A stretch of 64,000 nucleotides of DNA from a bacterium (GTDB lineage: Bacteria; SM23-31): NCBI GenBank assembly GCA_965249485.1, contig OZ252239.1:3328001-3392000 (forward strand), in the 5' to 3' direction. Below the pieces are notes generated by a model. The model was given only the letters and a program-made list of their open reading frames with translations, had not been told where the DNA came from and ran no database searches. A program made the position numbers and the translations under genes. This document shows, one piece after another, positions 31,405-41,301 of this stretch; positions within the stretch are counted from its first letter, which is position 1, and every line of letters begins with the position of its first letter.

Positions 31405-32034
31405 TTAAACTTGTTGTGTTACAATTACTCCTTTATAGTCTACACCACGTAAAAGTTTTATATTTGTACCATAAGCCCCTTTTTTTGCCTCATCCGTAAA
31501 ATCTTGATTTGTAATCACTATACCTTCTGTAGCTCTATAATAGTCCCGAGCAAGTCCCACTTCTTGAACTGCTCTGAGCCCCACGTCTTTTTTCTCTCTA
31601 TATATCAATTGTACCACTTTTTTAATTCCTTCCCGTTCAATTATTAAGTCTGCACCAAAATCTTTTCCCTTTGATGGCATCTCAACTTTATATCCATTTG
31701 CCGCAAAAAGACCCGCTAATTCTTTTTCAAACTCTTTCCCTAAATTAGGTTTATAAACTTGTTGTAATAATTTTAGAATTCTGGAATTAATTCTTCCTTT
31801 AAAAAGACCGAATAAGATTCCACCAATCATAATGCCCAAATATATCAATGCAATGATGTTTGTATATTCATTTGAAAAAATATTGGTATGAACCCAAATT
31901 AAATAATCTACAATTGGCTGCCAACCCAATTCTGCTAATAAGAAAAGAATTAGAGTTGGCAGAAATAAAAACAACCTTCTATACTTATACCATTTTTTAT
32001 CATATTCTTTTTCCTGGGAATTTCTTTCAGCCAT
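31405..32034 (-). CDS. Membrane-anchored Mrr-like restriction endonuclease domain protein
   Basis: Two TM helices, then EFEKEL, DFGADLI, AVQEV, VITN. The QxK motif reads QLI. Confidence 0.8.
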   Translation of the reverse strand: MAERNSQEKEYDKKWYKYRRLFLFLPTLILFLLAELGWQPIVDYLIWVHTNIFSNEYTNIIALIYLGIMIGGILFGLFKGRINSRILKLLQQVYKPNLGKEFEKELAGLFAANGYKVEMPSKGKDFGADLIIEREGIKKVVQLIYREKKDVGLRAVQEVGLARDYYRATEGIVITNQDFTDEAKKGAYGTNIKLLRGVDYKGVIVTQQV

Positions 32035-32128
32035 TTTTTTAGCCCCTAATGATTACTTGACACAACTGGTTAAAAGATAGAACCTTGAAAAAATACTCCA
32101 ATTCTAATACTTGAACATTTACTACAAA

Positions 32129-32893
32129 TCAATAATTACTAATTTCTAAATCCATATTGCAAAATTTAGAAGAACCAAACAAATCCGGAAATAGTGACAA
32201 ATGGTTTATATTCATTCTATTTAATGACTTCAGTACATTTTTTCGGTTTGAATTTGGAACTGTAATCTTCAAAAAGATATAATCATCATTTTCTGCAGGA
32301 TAGTAATTTTTTACCCAATGCTCAATATCGACTCCAACAGGACCTCGAGTAAATAGTCCACCTTGGCTAACCAACCGATAATTCTCATCTGATAGAGGTC
32401 GCAAAAATTCTAAATCAGGTGGATTGGCTGCATTGTTTCCATTAGTTAATTCAGTAGAAAGAGCATAAATCGCTCTATTCCTAGTTTGATCTAGTCCAAT
32501 ATCTATAAAGGCAAAATAAGATGCAAGAAAAGGAGAGCTCGTCCAATCTAATAGAGGAGTGAATAAGCCATAATGCTGTCCAAGGGCCCACCAATCATTA
32601 TCATGATTAATTCTATGCGGAGTTGTTCCACGCCTTCCTCTTGTGGCAAATTTAAAATTATCTAAATGTTCATTCACAATAGATTTTTGTTCCCTTTTTG
32701 ACTTTTTCTTTAATACTCGGTCCAATGTTGGTTCCAATAACCAATCGGAACACCTTTGACCTCGCCAGATATAATCGCGATAGTTAAGCATTTCTTCTCT
32801 AATATAGTCAAAAAAATAATTCCATGATTGAAGCTTGACATATAGTATACCATGACTTTTTTCAGTTTCAGTCCATCTCTTTGGTTTTGCCAT
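32129..32893 (-). CDS. FRG domain protein
   Basis: WRGQ, QHYGLFTPLLDWT, R..SQGGLF, SLFPDL. Confidence 0.88.
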   Translation of the reverse strand: MAKPKRWTETEKSHGILYVKLQSWNYFFDYIREEMLNYRDYIWRGQRCSDWLLEPTLDRVLKKKSKREQKSIVNEHLDNFKFATRGRRGTTPHRINHDNDWWALGQHYGLFTPLLDWTSSPFLASYFAFIDIGLDQTRNRAIYALSTELTNGNNAANPPDLEFLRPLSDENYRLVSQGGLFTRGPVGVDIEHWVKNYYPAENDDYIFLKITVPNSNRKNVLKSLNRMNINHLSLFPDLFGSSKFCNMDLEISNY

Positions 32894-32952
32894 TATGATC
32901 CCTTATTGAGATTCGAGTTGTTACTATTGTGTACCTTTAGAATAAAAAAACT

Positions 32953-33656
32953 TTATTGAATTTTGTCGCGTTTGATTATGTTGTGACGGGCACAGAGTAG
33001 TTGGATGTTTTCAACGATGAGAGATGATCCAACTTTGGAGTAGGGGATGATGTGGTCGAAGTGTAGATTGTCTGAACTGCCGCAAATGACACATTGCCCT
33101 TTGTCTCTTTTCCAGACTTGCAGTTTGACAGTAGCCGGAATGACTCTTGTGTGTTCTAAATCGGTATCGTTATCAGAAGCCGATGCTTCGTCCTCAATAA
33201 AAGTTAATCTAAATTTGAATACATCTCTGGCATTGCTGTTTTCTAACCATGCGTCGATTAATTGAAATAAGCCATTATACACCCAGATACCCGAATAAAT
33301 CTTCTCATAGACTTTGACCAGTTCTGGAGCAATTTCTCCGCTTTTATACTTTGCTTTTATACTTTTGTGCGGCATCAAAGAATAATCCATTTTGTGAAAG
33401 TGTACCACTCGGATTACACATTGGTTGATCTAAAGACTTGGGATTGGTGATGCCATTTGTTTTTGGTTGGTCGTGTCCTTCATAGATTAATATGTTTCCT
33501 TCATCTTCAATTCGATCGGCATATGGAGCGTTTGGTCTGAGACTCATTAAGGATGACACTGTAGGATCGTCCGAGCCGGAAGTTCATACCGCGTTGCAGA
33601 TTTGCGCCTTCCTCACTGCACATGTCTAAATAGGAAATTACGTCGCCTGGTTTCAT
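32953..33656 (-). pseudogene. HNH endonuclease with SRA-like N-terminal domain, two frameshifts
   Basis: MKPGDVISYLDMC...LQRGMNF, extra base at ~33548, MSLRPNAPYADR...YEGHD, 13-bp tandem duplication at 33340-33365, then CVICG...DHIIP...LCARHN. Confidence 0.8.
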
Positions 33657-33667
33657 GTAAGGTTAAA

Positions 33668-34348
33668 TTAGATTAATTGGAGAGTAAATTTCATGGCATT
33701 TTTTAATGTTGTAAAATATAAAACAAAAGTATTTATGGTATAATGAAGGTTATCTTTTGAACTAAACTCAATACAAACATGAAATTTTGTACTAAGACAA
33801 TTAAGATAAATCCAAAATGAAATCATATAAGCATACCAACACAGTAATCTCGCAAACGTATTGGTACTATTTGCCAAAGAATGAATTGTCCAAAATATTT
33901 CTCCAAGATCTTCTCTCGAAATTTCCAAATCTCTATATTTAGCAAGAAGCCTTTTTATATGGTGATCCAATCTCTTAAACGCACTATTTTGAAAATCGCA
34001 ATATTTATTAAAGTCTTCTCTAAGTTGATTACTCCCTTTTCCTTGATCTGTAAAATCTGAAAAACGTTCATAGTCTCTAATGATCGGAGGACACCATGAA
34101 GAGTAGATATAACTGGCAATAGAAAATCCAACTGCACTAAAATAGAACATCTGCCAGCTAAAAGGTAATCCCCAAATTATAGTGAAGGTGTTACCCCACA
34201 AAGAAAATGTCACTTCGGGTCCAATTTTTGCCAGCAGCTTTGCAAGCATAGGCACAGCGAATAACCAGATATATGATGAACGCAAGAGACGGCTTTTTCC
34301 CATTCTGTTTATCTGAGACCAAGGTGGTATGTAGGATATTTTATTCAT
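33668..34348 (-). CDS. Hypothetical membrane protein, probable frameshift near the C-terminus
   Basis: TM helices. Removing one T near 33815 gives a hydrophobic tail, SFGFILIVLVQNFMFVLSL, ending at TAA 33733-33735. Confidence 0.6.
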   Translation of the reverse strand: MNKISYIPPWSQINRMGKSRLLRSSYIWLFAVPMLAKLLAKIGPEVTFSLWGNTFTIIWGLPFSWQMFYFSAVGFSIASYIYSSWCPPIIRDYERFSDFTDQGKGSNQLREDFNKYCDFQNSAFKRLDHHIKRLLAKYRDLEISREDLGEIFWTIHSLANSTNTFARLLCWYAYMISFWIYLNCLSTKFHVCIEFSSKDNLHYTINTFVLYFTTLKNAMKFTLQLI

Positions 34349-34373
34349 TTGTTGTAGATTTATTTCAGGAGTG

Positions 34374-35174
34374 TTATTGTGATAAAACTTTTTTAATATA
34401 ATCGGTGTCTTCTTCTGAATAAATGTGGTGCGTAATCTTATTTTTTTGAGCTTTGACATTCATTTTGATTTTTTCAGGTAACATTTTAGCAGCAATTATG
34501 GGATCAATGCCGGAAGGGAAATAGGCAATGTAATCAAAAGGTAATTTAAAGGAAGTCCAGGAATACGTATCATAAATATTTCCAATTTCATTCTCATACA
34601 ATATTAAGAAATGTATGGTAAACTCTTTATTACTACTAAAATTTACACTATATGAAAAATCTAATGATTGATTTCCACCTTGAAGAATTTCTTTACCATA
34701 AAATTCATCAAGAGCCTGAGTGCCAATATTTAGTTTGTGAAAACTTCTATCTAAAAAACTATCCCTGAGAATAGGATTTGTGGAAATGGTATCAGTATAA
34801 TAAAATGCAATAATTCTTGCTAAACTATTGCCTATGTTTTGAAAATTATATTTTATCTTTATATTAATAAAATATGGGAATTTAATTAGATCTTCTTTAA
34901 TCCCGGAATGCTTTAAAAGTGAATCAACATATTCTGCCTGAAGTGAATCATTACCAAAAAACATATTTTCAAAATTTGCTTCTGATATAACAGGAGTATC
35001 TTTAATTATAATTTGAGGCCTAAAAGTAGAGGCATTGGTAAAATAATTTATTTCATCATATTTTATATTTCTCAGTTCATCGCAAACAAAATTTAGTATT
35101 ACTGCAAATAAACTCAAAATTGCAAACCAGTTACCTATTCCAAAGGATTTCAAAAAATTAAATATATTTTTCAT
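34374..35174 (-). CDS. Hypothetical protein, N-terminal TM, AT-rich
   Basis: 266-aa ORF in a very AT-rich block; no motif recognised. Confidence 0.65.
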   Translation of the reverse strand: MKNIFNFLKSFGIGNWFAILSLFAVILNFVCDELRNIKYDEINYFTNASTFRPQIIIKDTPVISEANFENMFFGNDSLQAEYVDSLLKHSGIKEDLIKFPYFINIKIKYNFQNIGNSLARIIAFYYTDTISTNPILRDSFLDRSFHKLNIGTQALDEFYGKEILQGGNQSLDFSYSVNFSSNKEFTIHFLILYENEIGNIYDTYSWTSFKLPFDYIAYFPSGIDPIIAAKMLPEKIKMNVKAQKNKITHHIYSEEDTDYIKKVLSQ

Positions 35175-35246
35175 TGATAAATTAGATTAATGATTTCGGT
35201 TAATAAATATAAATTACGATGTATAATAATAAAACAAAGACTTTTT

Positions 35247-35711
35247 TTAATTGCCATTTGCATTAATTTTGTTAGTCATTTTCATTTCCGTATCACTATC
35301 TGTTGATAGATTTACACCTTGTGCTAAATATTCTGGTGTTTTCATGATTTTTTTGAATACACTTTTCAGTTCATTTGTATCTTCACGATAGCAATCATAA
35401 ATAGAGACATCCATATAACAATTCTTAAATTCTTTTCTTGAAATAGGATCAAGATACAGACAATTTCTATTCCACCAATCTTGAGCCTTAATAATAACTG
35501 AATGCTTTTCACCAGAATTATCTGGCTTATGAATAACTCCTAACAATTCAGTCCAAAGAATATATGCTTCTTGATGAACTGCTAGCCGCTTTTCAAGTGC
35601 AGCTAATCTAAAAGCAGTTTTTTGTTGTTTCCCAAACAAAATCCATTGTACTATCGAGGAAATGAGAATTCCTGAAATAGTACCAATTATTCCTGCCAAT
35701 GTAGCATCCAT
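35247..35711 (-). CDS. Hypothetical protein, N-terminal TM
   Basis: 154-aa ORF with RBS GGAG. Confidence 0.7.
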   Translation of the reverse strand: MDATLAGIIGTISGILISSIVQWILFGKQQKTAFRLAALEKRLAVHQEAYILWTELLGVIHKPDNSGEKHSVIIKAQDWWNRNCLYLDPISRKEFKNCYMDVSIYDCYREDTNELKSVFKKIMKTPEYLAQGVNLSTDSDTEMKMTNKINANGN

Positions 35712-35953
35712 TTTATCTCTCCATTCAGAATACTAAAAAAGAAAAATGACTAAAAGTAGTTAATTGAAAAATTCAATACTAAATAGAACCACTTTGAATC
35801 CGATGAGATTTATTTTCCCATCGGGTAATTTTATTTTTTTTTTGGAGTTTAACTACTTAAAGGTGGGGAAAGTTGCGGTTTTTTTCACTTGTTGGTTGGT
35901 TTGTAGATGATTATTTCCTTTTAAATGGGGAATTTCTATTCAGTATTAATTTC

Positions 35954-36208
35954 TCACCTATTCCTCCTCAGCACATCCCGAATCGTTCCGGTTTTCCAGC
36001 CTGTCTCGTCAGCGACACACGCAATGGCTTCATCATAATACCTGTTTTTTTTCAAACACTCATATCGTTTAAACAAATAACTGCGCTGCCGCTTCTTAAA
36101 AAACACCGCTAAATGCTTAACAAACCGATCATATTCCTCCTTCGACCTTACCGCCTCATCACCCATCGCCACAATTCCCCGCCTTCCAAATCCTCCAAGA
36201 ATCCTCAA
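35954..36208 (-). CDS. Small basic protein with possible C-terminal HTH, phage-like
   Basis: AIACVADETGWKTGTIRDVL resembles a helix-turn-helix; start uncertain. Confidence 0.4.
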   Translation of the reverse strand: MRILGGFGRRGIVAMGDEAVRSKEEYDRFVKHLAVFFKKRQRSYLFKRYECLKKNRYYDEAIACVADETGWKTGTIRDVLRRNR

Positions 36209-36363
36209 TAATCATTTTCCTTGAGGCACATCCACTTAATCTCTTTTGGAGTATTGATTTTTCCCATATATCAGAAGAAAAGTGGTTGAATAGTAATTTC
36301 CATATGTGTACCATGGTGTTACAGGTTGAAAATTATGATGGAGTAAAATCCACCAGCACTATC

Positions 36364-37707
36364 CTACCACTTTGTAAAGTAGAGCTCCCAGAAACTGGTC
36401 TGCCCTTCATCCTTTTCCAGATTAACCGGTTTCCCATCCTTGAATACCATTTCCAGTTTTCTGAGGTTGGAGATATTGTCAAGCGGATTATCCGATACGA
36501 CGATTAAATCAGCGAGTTTACCTTCCTCGACTGTTCCCAACTCGTCTAATACGTCACACATATCTGCACAGTTACGAGTGGCAGCAATCAGCGCCTGCAT
36601 CTCGGTCATGCCCGAAAATACCAGCTGCTCGATTTCAACAATCCCCATCTCCCCATGAGGAGGAGAATCGCTTCCGGTAATGATTTTCACACCTGCATTG
36701 ACCGCTTTCATCAATATTTCACGCTGGCTCAAAGCTTTACTCGGTGACCGTTCGTTTTGATAAGCAACACGAATTCTCCCTTCAACTGTTACCGGATCCT
36801 GCTCAAGACCCAAATTCGCTATTATACGCTCACGATCCGTAATATATTGGGCACTCAGATTGCACGCGATAGTCGGGCAATAAAACGTACCTTTTTCCGC
36901 CATCATTTGAATAGTTTCATCGGTGATCCCGTCGCCATGTTCAATACAGTCGATATCTGCTTTCACTGCCAATGCTGCCCCAATATCCCCCGCATCAGCG
37001 GTCACCCGCAAACCGTGTTTGTGAGCTATCTTTATCGATTCTATAATTTCATCCTCTTCCATATTCCCCACGGCAATCTTGATAAAATCCACACCACGCG
37101 TGATGTTTTCCCGCATAGCCCTCCGTATCTCATAGGGACCATTAACAAAGATTGCCACCGGCCAGTCCGGCTTCCAGTAGTTTCCCTCAGTTACTGTTAC
37201 TATTTTTCCGGAAGCAAAAATACGCGGACCGACAAACACACCTGCATTAAACGCGTCTCTCCAGGCTATGTCGATGTAGTCGCGATCTCCCGTCATCCTG
37301 AGACTGGTGATGCCTCTCCTGAGTGCGTCCATGGCGTTCCTGCCTCCCCGTATTGCCGCCGGTAGTACCGGCTCATATGCGAGGATATTATTAACATCCG
37401 GGTACAGATCGGATAAATGCGCGTGCATATCCCACAAACCCGGAAGTACGTACGCCCCGTCAAGATCCAATACCCGGACATTCTTTTCTCCCGGGGATTG
37501 ACGATAAATCCCTTTCCTTATTTCCGTGATGGTGTCGTCAGTGATAACCACGGTCATATCTTCCATTGGTGCATCACCCGTACAATTAATTACTATACAG
37601 TTGGTGAGGACGGTTTTCAGCGTGCTCGTATCCTGAGCATTTGTCTGGCTTATATTTGTAAATAGTGGTATCAGTAAAACAATCCCAAGAACTTTTAGAG
37701 CTTTCAT
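36364..37707 (-). CDS. Exported metal-dependent amidohydrolase, paralog 2
   Basis: PGLWDMHAH, IEHG, GSDS, GTVEEGKLADL. Confidence 0.9.
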   Translation of the reverse strand: MKALKVLGIVLLIPLFTNISQTNAQDTSTLKTVLTNCIVINCTGDAPMEDMTVVITDDTITEIRKGIYRQSPGEKNVRVLDLDGAYVLPGLWDMHAHLSDLYPDVNNILAYEPVLPAAIRGGRNAMDALRRGITSLRMTGDRDYIDIAWRDAFNAGVFVGPRIFASGKIVTVTEGNYWKPDWPVAIFVNGPYEIRRAMRENITRGVDFIKIAVGNMEEDEIIESIKIAHKHGLRVTADAGDIGAALAVKADIDCIEHGDGITDETIQMMAEKGTFYCPTIACNLSAQYITDRERIIANLGLEQDPVTVEGRIRVAYQNERSPSKALSQREILMKAVNAGVKIITGSDSPPHGEMGIVEIEQLVFSGMTEMQALIAATRNCADMCDVLDELGTVEEGKLADLIVVSDNPLDNISNLRKLEMVFKDGKPVNLEKDEGQTSFWELYFTKW

Positions 37708-37999
37708 GTACCTATCCTCCTGTAATTGAATTGATCATCACCATACTGCGTGTTTTTTTTGAAACAATCTGAACGTACATGTGTATAAATCTTCAAAATC
37801 CGGTTGAGAAAGTATTGTCCGGTATAGTGTCAAAAACTATGGTATGAAGTAGTTAAACTCATGAGGGGTTTCGGATAAAATGGAAAGCCTGAGTCCCCCC
37901 TCAAATGAGCAGACTCGAAATTTAGAAGATGTATCGGCTGTCACATCATCTACTTCCATACCAGGTGCACTATGACACGTGGTCCGGAAATGACCTAAA

Positions 38000-39346
38000 T
38001 TACCTTTTTGTATAATATAACTCCATAAGACCTGTCAGACCTTCATCTTGTGTAAGGTTCACAATTTTCCCGTCCTTGATCACCATTGTAATTTTCCTGA
38101 TATTTGAAATATTTTCCAGAGGATTATCCTCAATGACGATCAGGTCAGCGAGTTTTCCTTCTTCAACCGTACCGATATCGTCCAGCATACCCATCATATC
38201 AGCTGAATTACGGGTAGCGTTGATCAATACCTGCATTTCATCCAACCCTGATAACACCTGCTGTTCAAGTTCCAGTAATACTTGCTCTCCGATAGGGGTT
38301 CCGTCGGCGCCGGTAAGGACCCTGACGCCTGCTTTTACTGCTTTGCGAAGAATGTTCCTCTGGTTTAATACAAAACTCGATATTTGTTCGTCAATAAAAG
38401 CTGCCTTGGTTTTTCCTGCAATGATCTCATTTTCTTCGTTCAGGTTCAGTTCAGCGATTCTTAGCTCCCTCTCAGCAATATTTCCAGCGGCCAAATAGGC
38501 AGCCGATATAGTAGGATCAAAAAATGTGCCTTTTTCCGCCATGAGCTGTATAGTTTTGTCACTGAGTCCATACCCGTGCTCAATGCAGTCGATACCGAGT
38601 TCTACAGCGATACGAGCAGCTTTTTCAGAGGAATGCGCTGTCACCGGAATACCAAAACTGTGAGCTGTCTCTATTGCAGCTTTAATTTCATCCCGGTTGA
38701 GAACGTTTGCCTGAATTTTAATAATCCCTGCTCCATTTCTAATATTCTCTCTGACAGCTTTCCGGACTTCATCAGGACCATCAACTTGTACGCCACCCGG
38801 ATAAGGAGGAGCATAACCGTCACCATGAGTTGATGAAATGCTTGGTCCGGAAGAAATGATCCGCGGCCCGACAAATACACCCGCATCGAAGGCTTTCCCC
38901 CATGCAACATCCAGGTAATCCCGCTCCGCGACCATTCTGAGAGTTGTGATACCCGTTTGGAGTGCATCGATAGCCATTCTGCCTGCGCGTATTGCTGCCG
39001 GCAATACCGGTTCATATGCAAGTATATTATTCACGTCAGGGTTAAGGTCAGATATATGGGAATGATTATCCCAAAATCCCGGAAGCACATAGGATCCGTC
39101 AAGGTCAAACAGACGGACATTCTTTTCTCCCGGGGATTGACGATAACTCCCTTTCCTTATTTCCGTGATAGTGTTGTCAGTGATAACCACGGTCATATCT
39201 TCCATCGGTGCATCACCTGTACAATTAATTACTACACAGTTAGTCAGAACGGTTTTCAGTGTGCTCGTATCCTGAGCATACACCTGGTTTGCGGTTATAA
39301 AAAGTACTACCAGAGAAAAAACACTGAGCATTTTTTGAATCTTCAT
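38000..39346 (-). CDS. Exported metal-dependent amidohydrolase, paralog 1
   Basis: PGFWDNHSH, TAHS, IEHG, GADG, GTVEEGKLADL. Confidence 0.9.
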   Translation of the reverse strand: MKIQKMLSVFSLVVLFITANQVYAQDTSTLKTVLTNCVVINCTGDAPMEDMTVVITDNTITEIRKGSYRQSPGEKNVRLFDLDGSYVLPGFWDNHSHISDLNPDVNNILAYEPVLPAAIRAGRMAIDALQTGITTLRMVAERDYLDVAWGKAFDAGVFVGPRIISSGPSISSTHGDGYAPPYPGGVQVDGPDEVRKAVRENIRNGAGIIKIQANVLNRDEIKAAIETAHSFGIPVTAHSSEKAARIAVELGIDCIEHGYGLSDKTIQLMAEKGTFFDPTISAAYLAAGNIAERELRIAELNLNEENEIIAGKTKAAFIDEQISSFVLNQRNILRKAVKAGVRVLTGADGTPIGEQVLLELEQQVLSGLDEMQVLINATRNSADMMGMLDDIGTVEEGKLADLIVIEDNPLENISNIRKITMVIKDGKIVNLTQDEGLTGLMELYYTKR

Positions 39347-39407
39347 CCATTATCCTTTCGGTTTGAAAAATGTGTCGGGATCGTTTTTATTGCTTCCCAT
39401 TCGTTCG

Positions 39408-40841
39408 TTATCTTGGCTTATCGACATCGAGAACCACGACAGAGTTAACCGGATCCCATGCCCGGCCGTCCAATGTTACAACTATATAAGCGTTTCCTTC
39501 GATTGCAACTTGATAGTTTTTCCGGGGGATGCTCTGCAGACCGTACGCCTGTATCGGGCGTCTCCGAACCGTGTCTAATACCAGTCTCCCATCCTCAGGC
39601 CAGTCGAACACGTGCAGGTACAAACGGGTTGTGCCATCGGCAAGAATCCGGTGCGTTATCCTTCCCCATTCAGGCTGCTCCCACTGAGTACCCTTTGTCC
39701 CATAGATACTTTCACCGTATTTTTTGAGCCAGTCACCGGCTTCAAGGAGGACATCAACCGATTTCTCGGGAAATATGCCTTCGGGTGTCGGTCCGACGTT
39801 CAGCGTGTAATTTCCACCCAAACTTGCTACATGGGTGAGATTATGAATTATCATTTCCGCAGTTATCCAATCAGGTGTGTTGTCGTGGTACATCCATGAA
39901 CCGTTCATTGTCACATCCACCTGCAAGTTATGATACGACCGAACATCATTGAGCTCGGGGTACAATTCTTCGGAGATCAAATAATCTTCCGGTCTATGGA
40001 TAATCTCACGTGCCAAATCCTGATGGTTTATAATTACCTCGGGCTGGATCGAACGTATCATATCCATAATTTTAGGAAATTCCATACCGAGAAACGCGCC
40101 GTCCTCACCCAAATAGTGTGAATTATCTCCTAATAATATATCGATCTTGCCGTAGTTGGTAAACAGTTCGCGAAGCTGATTTCTCATATACTCGACATAA
40201 ATCTCAACGTCAGCGTCAGGATTCGGATTATAATGCTGACCTATTTCCCTCTTCGCGAGTAAATCGGTATGAAATCCTGGATGATGCAGATCGCTAATCG
40301 AATAATACACTCCCAGCCGTATGCCGGCATCAAGACAGGCATCTGCAAGTTCTTTCAGGGGATCACGGCCGAAAGGAGTATAATCCACGATATCAAAATC
40401 GGTATACTGTGAGTCGCACATACTAAACCCGTTATGGTGCTTTACGATAAACACGATATATTTCATTCCGGCATTCCGGACGACATCCACCCATTCTTCA
40501 GCATCGAAATCGACCGGGTTGAAAACCAGACCCCTTTTTAGTAAATCTTCATAGTTTCTCCAGGGTTCACTGCCGTAAACCGGTTCACCATTAATCATCA
40601 ACCACTCTCTTTCTTCAGGTGTTCTCGGCAGGGCATCGGGTCCCCAGTGGATGAGCATGCCGTAGCGTGCGTTGTGGTACCATTCCATCTTGTTATCCAT
40701 TGATGTGTTCCAGTCAGGCCGGATATCAACCATTGTTTGAGCTTGAACAACCACCGCTGCAATAAAAGACACTAAAAAGCAGGACACAATACAGCTCCGT
40801 ACCCATTGTGTCAATGATGTATGCATAAATACCTCATACAT
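39408..40841 (-). CDS. GH29 alpha-L-fucosidase-like protein
   Basis: YGMLIHWG, FNPVDFDAEEW, AGMKY, KHHNGF, GGNYTLNVGP, GESIYGT; start uncertain. Confidence 0.85.
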   Translation of the reverse strand: MYEVFMHTSLTQWVRSCIVSCFLVSFIAAVVVQAQTMVDIRPDWNTSMDNKMEWYHNARYGMLIHWGPDALPRTPEEREWLMINGEPVYGSEPWRNYEDLLKRGLVFNPVDFDAEEWVDVVRNAGMKYIVFIVKHHNGFSMCDSQYTDFDIVDYTPFGRDPLKELADACLDAGIRLGVYYSISDLHHPGFHTDLLAKREIGQHYNPNPDADVEIYVEYMRNQLRELFTNYGKIDILLGDNSHYLGEDGAFLGMEFPKIMDMIRSIQPEVIINHQDLAREIIHRPEDYLISEELYPELNDVRSYHNLQVDVTMNGSWMYHDNTPDWITAEMIIHNLTHVASLGGNYTLNVGPTPEGIFPEKSVDVLLEAGDWLKKYGESIYGTKGTQWEQPEWGRITHRILADGTTRLYLHVFDWPEDGRLVLDTVRRRPIQAYGLQSIPRKNYQVAIEGNAYIVVTLDGRAWDPVNSVVVLDVDKPR

Positions 40842-41301
40842 ATATATGTCATTATTGTTTAAATCTTCAAATGGATTATATTTTCAACAAAGAAAATAAC
40901 GTAATTCTCATTCAAAAAGATGCTCCGCAATAATCATATACAAAGAATGGTTTGTACGTCGTCAGAACAAGTTGGAGTGATTGGGTTAAAAGTTAAGAGG
41001 TACAGTTAGTCTATGCAAGTGTTTTTTATTATCCTCCTTCCATACGTCGCCTTGCCAGATAACATTCCACTAATATATATAGACAACAATTAAGTTTTTA
41101 TCTGCCTGCAAGGACGAATTTTAACGAATGGATATAAGTGTTGAAGCATTGAAAATTCCGGTTGGAACAGAGATGAGATGAGAGGCGAGATTCTAATTTA
41201 AAGCTTTTCAATCATTACAAAAAATAGAAGTGTATAACGTTTAAAAAATGAGGAGTGAAAAAGAGAATGATGAGCAGAGCGTGTGTGAAATTTCTAATAC
41301 A

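Noticed and set aside
31330..35950. Integron cassette array
   Set aside because: The genes are co-oriented and AT-rich, but I found no attC-like inverted repeats between them and no intI.
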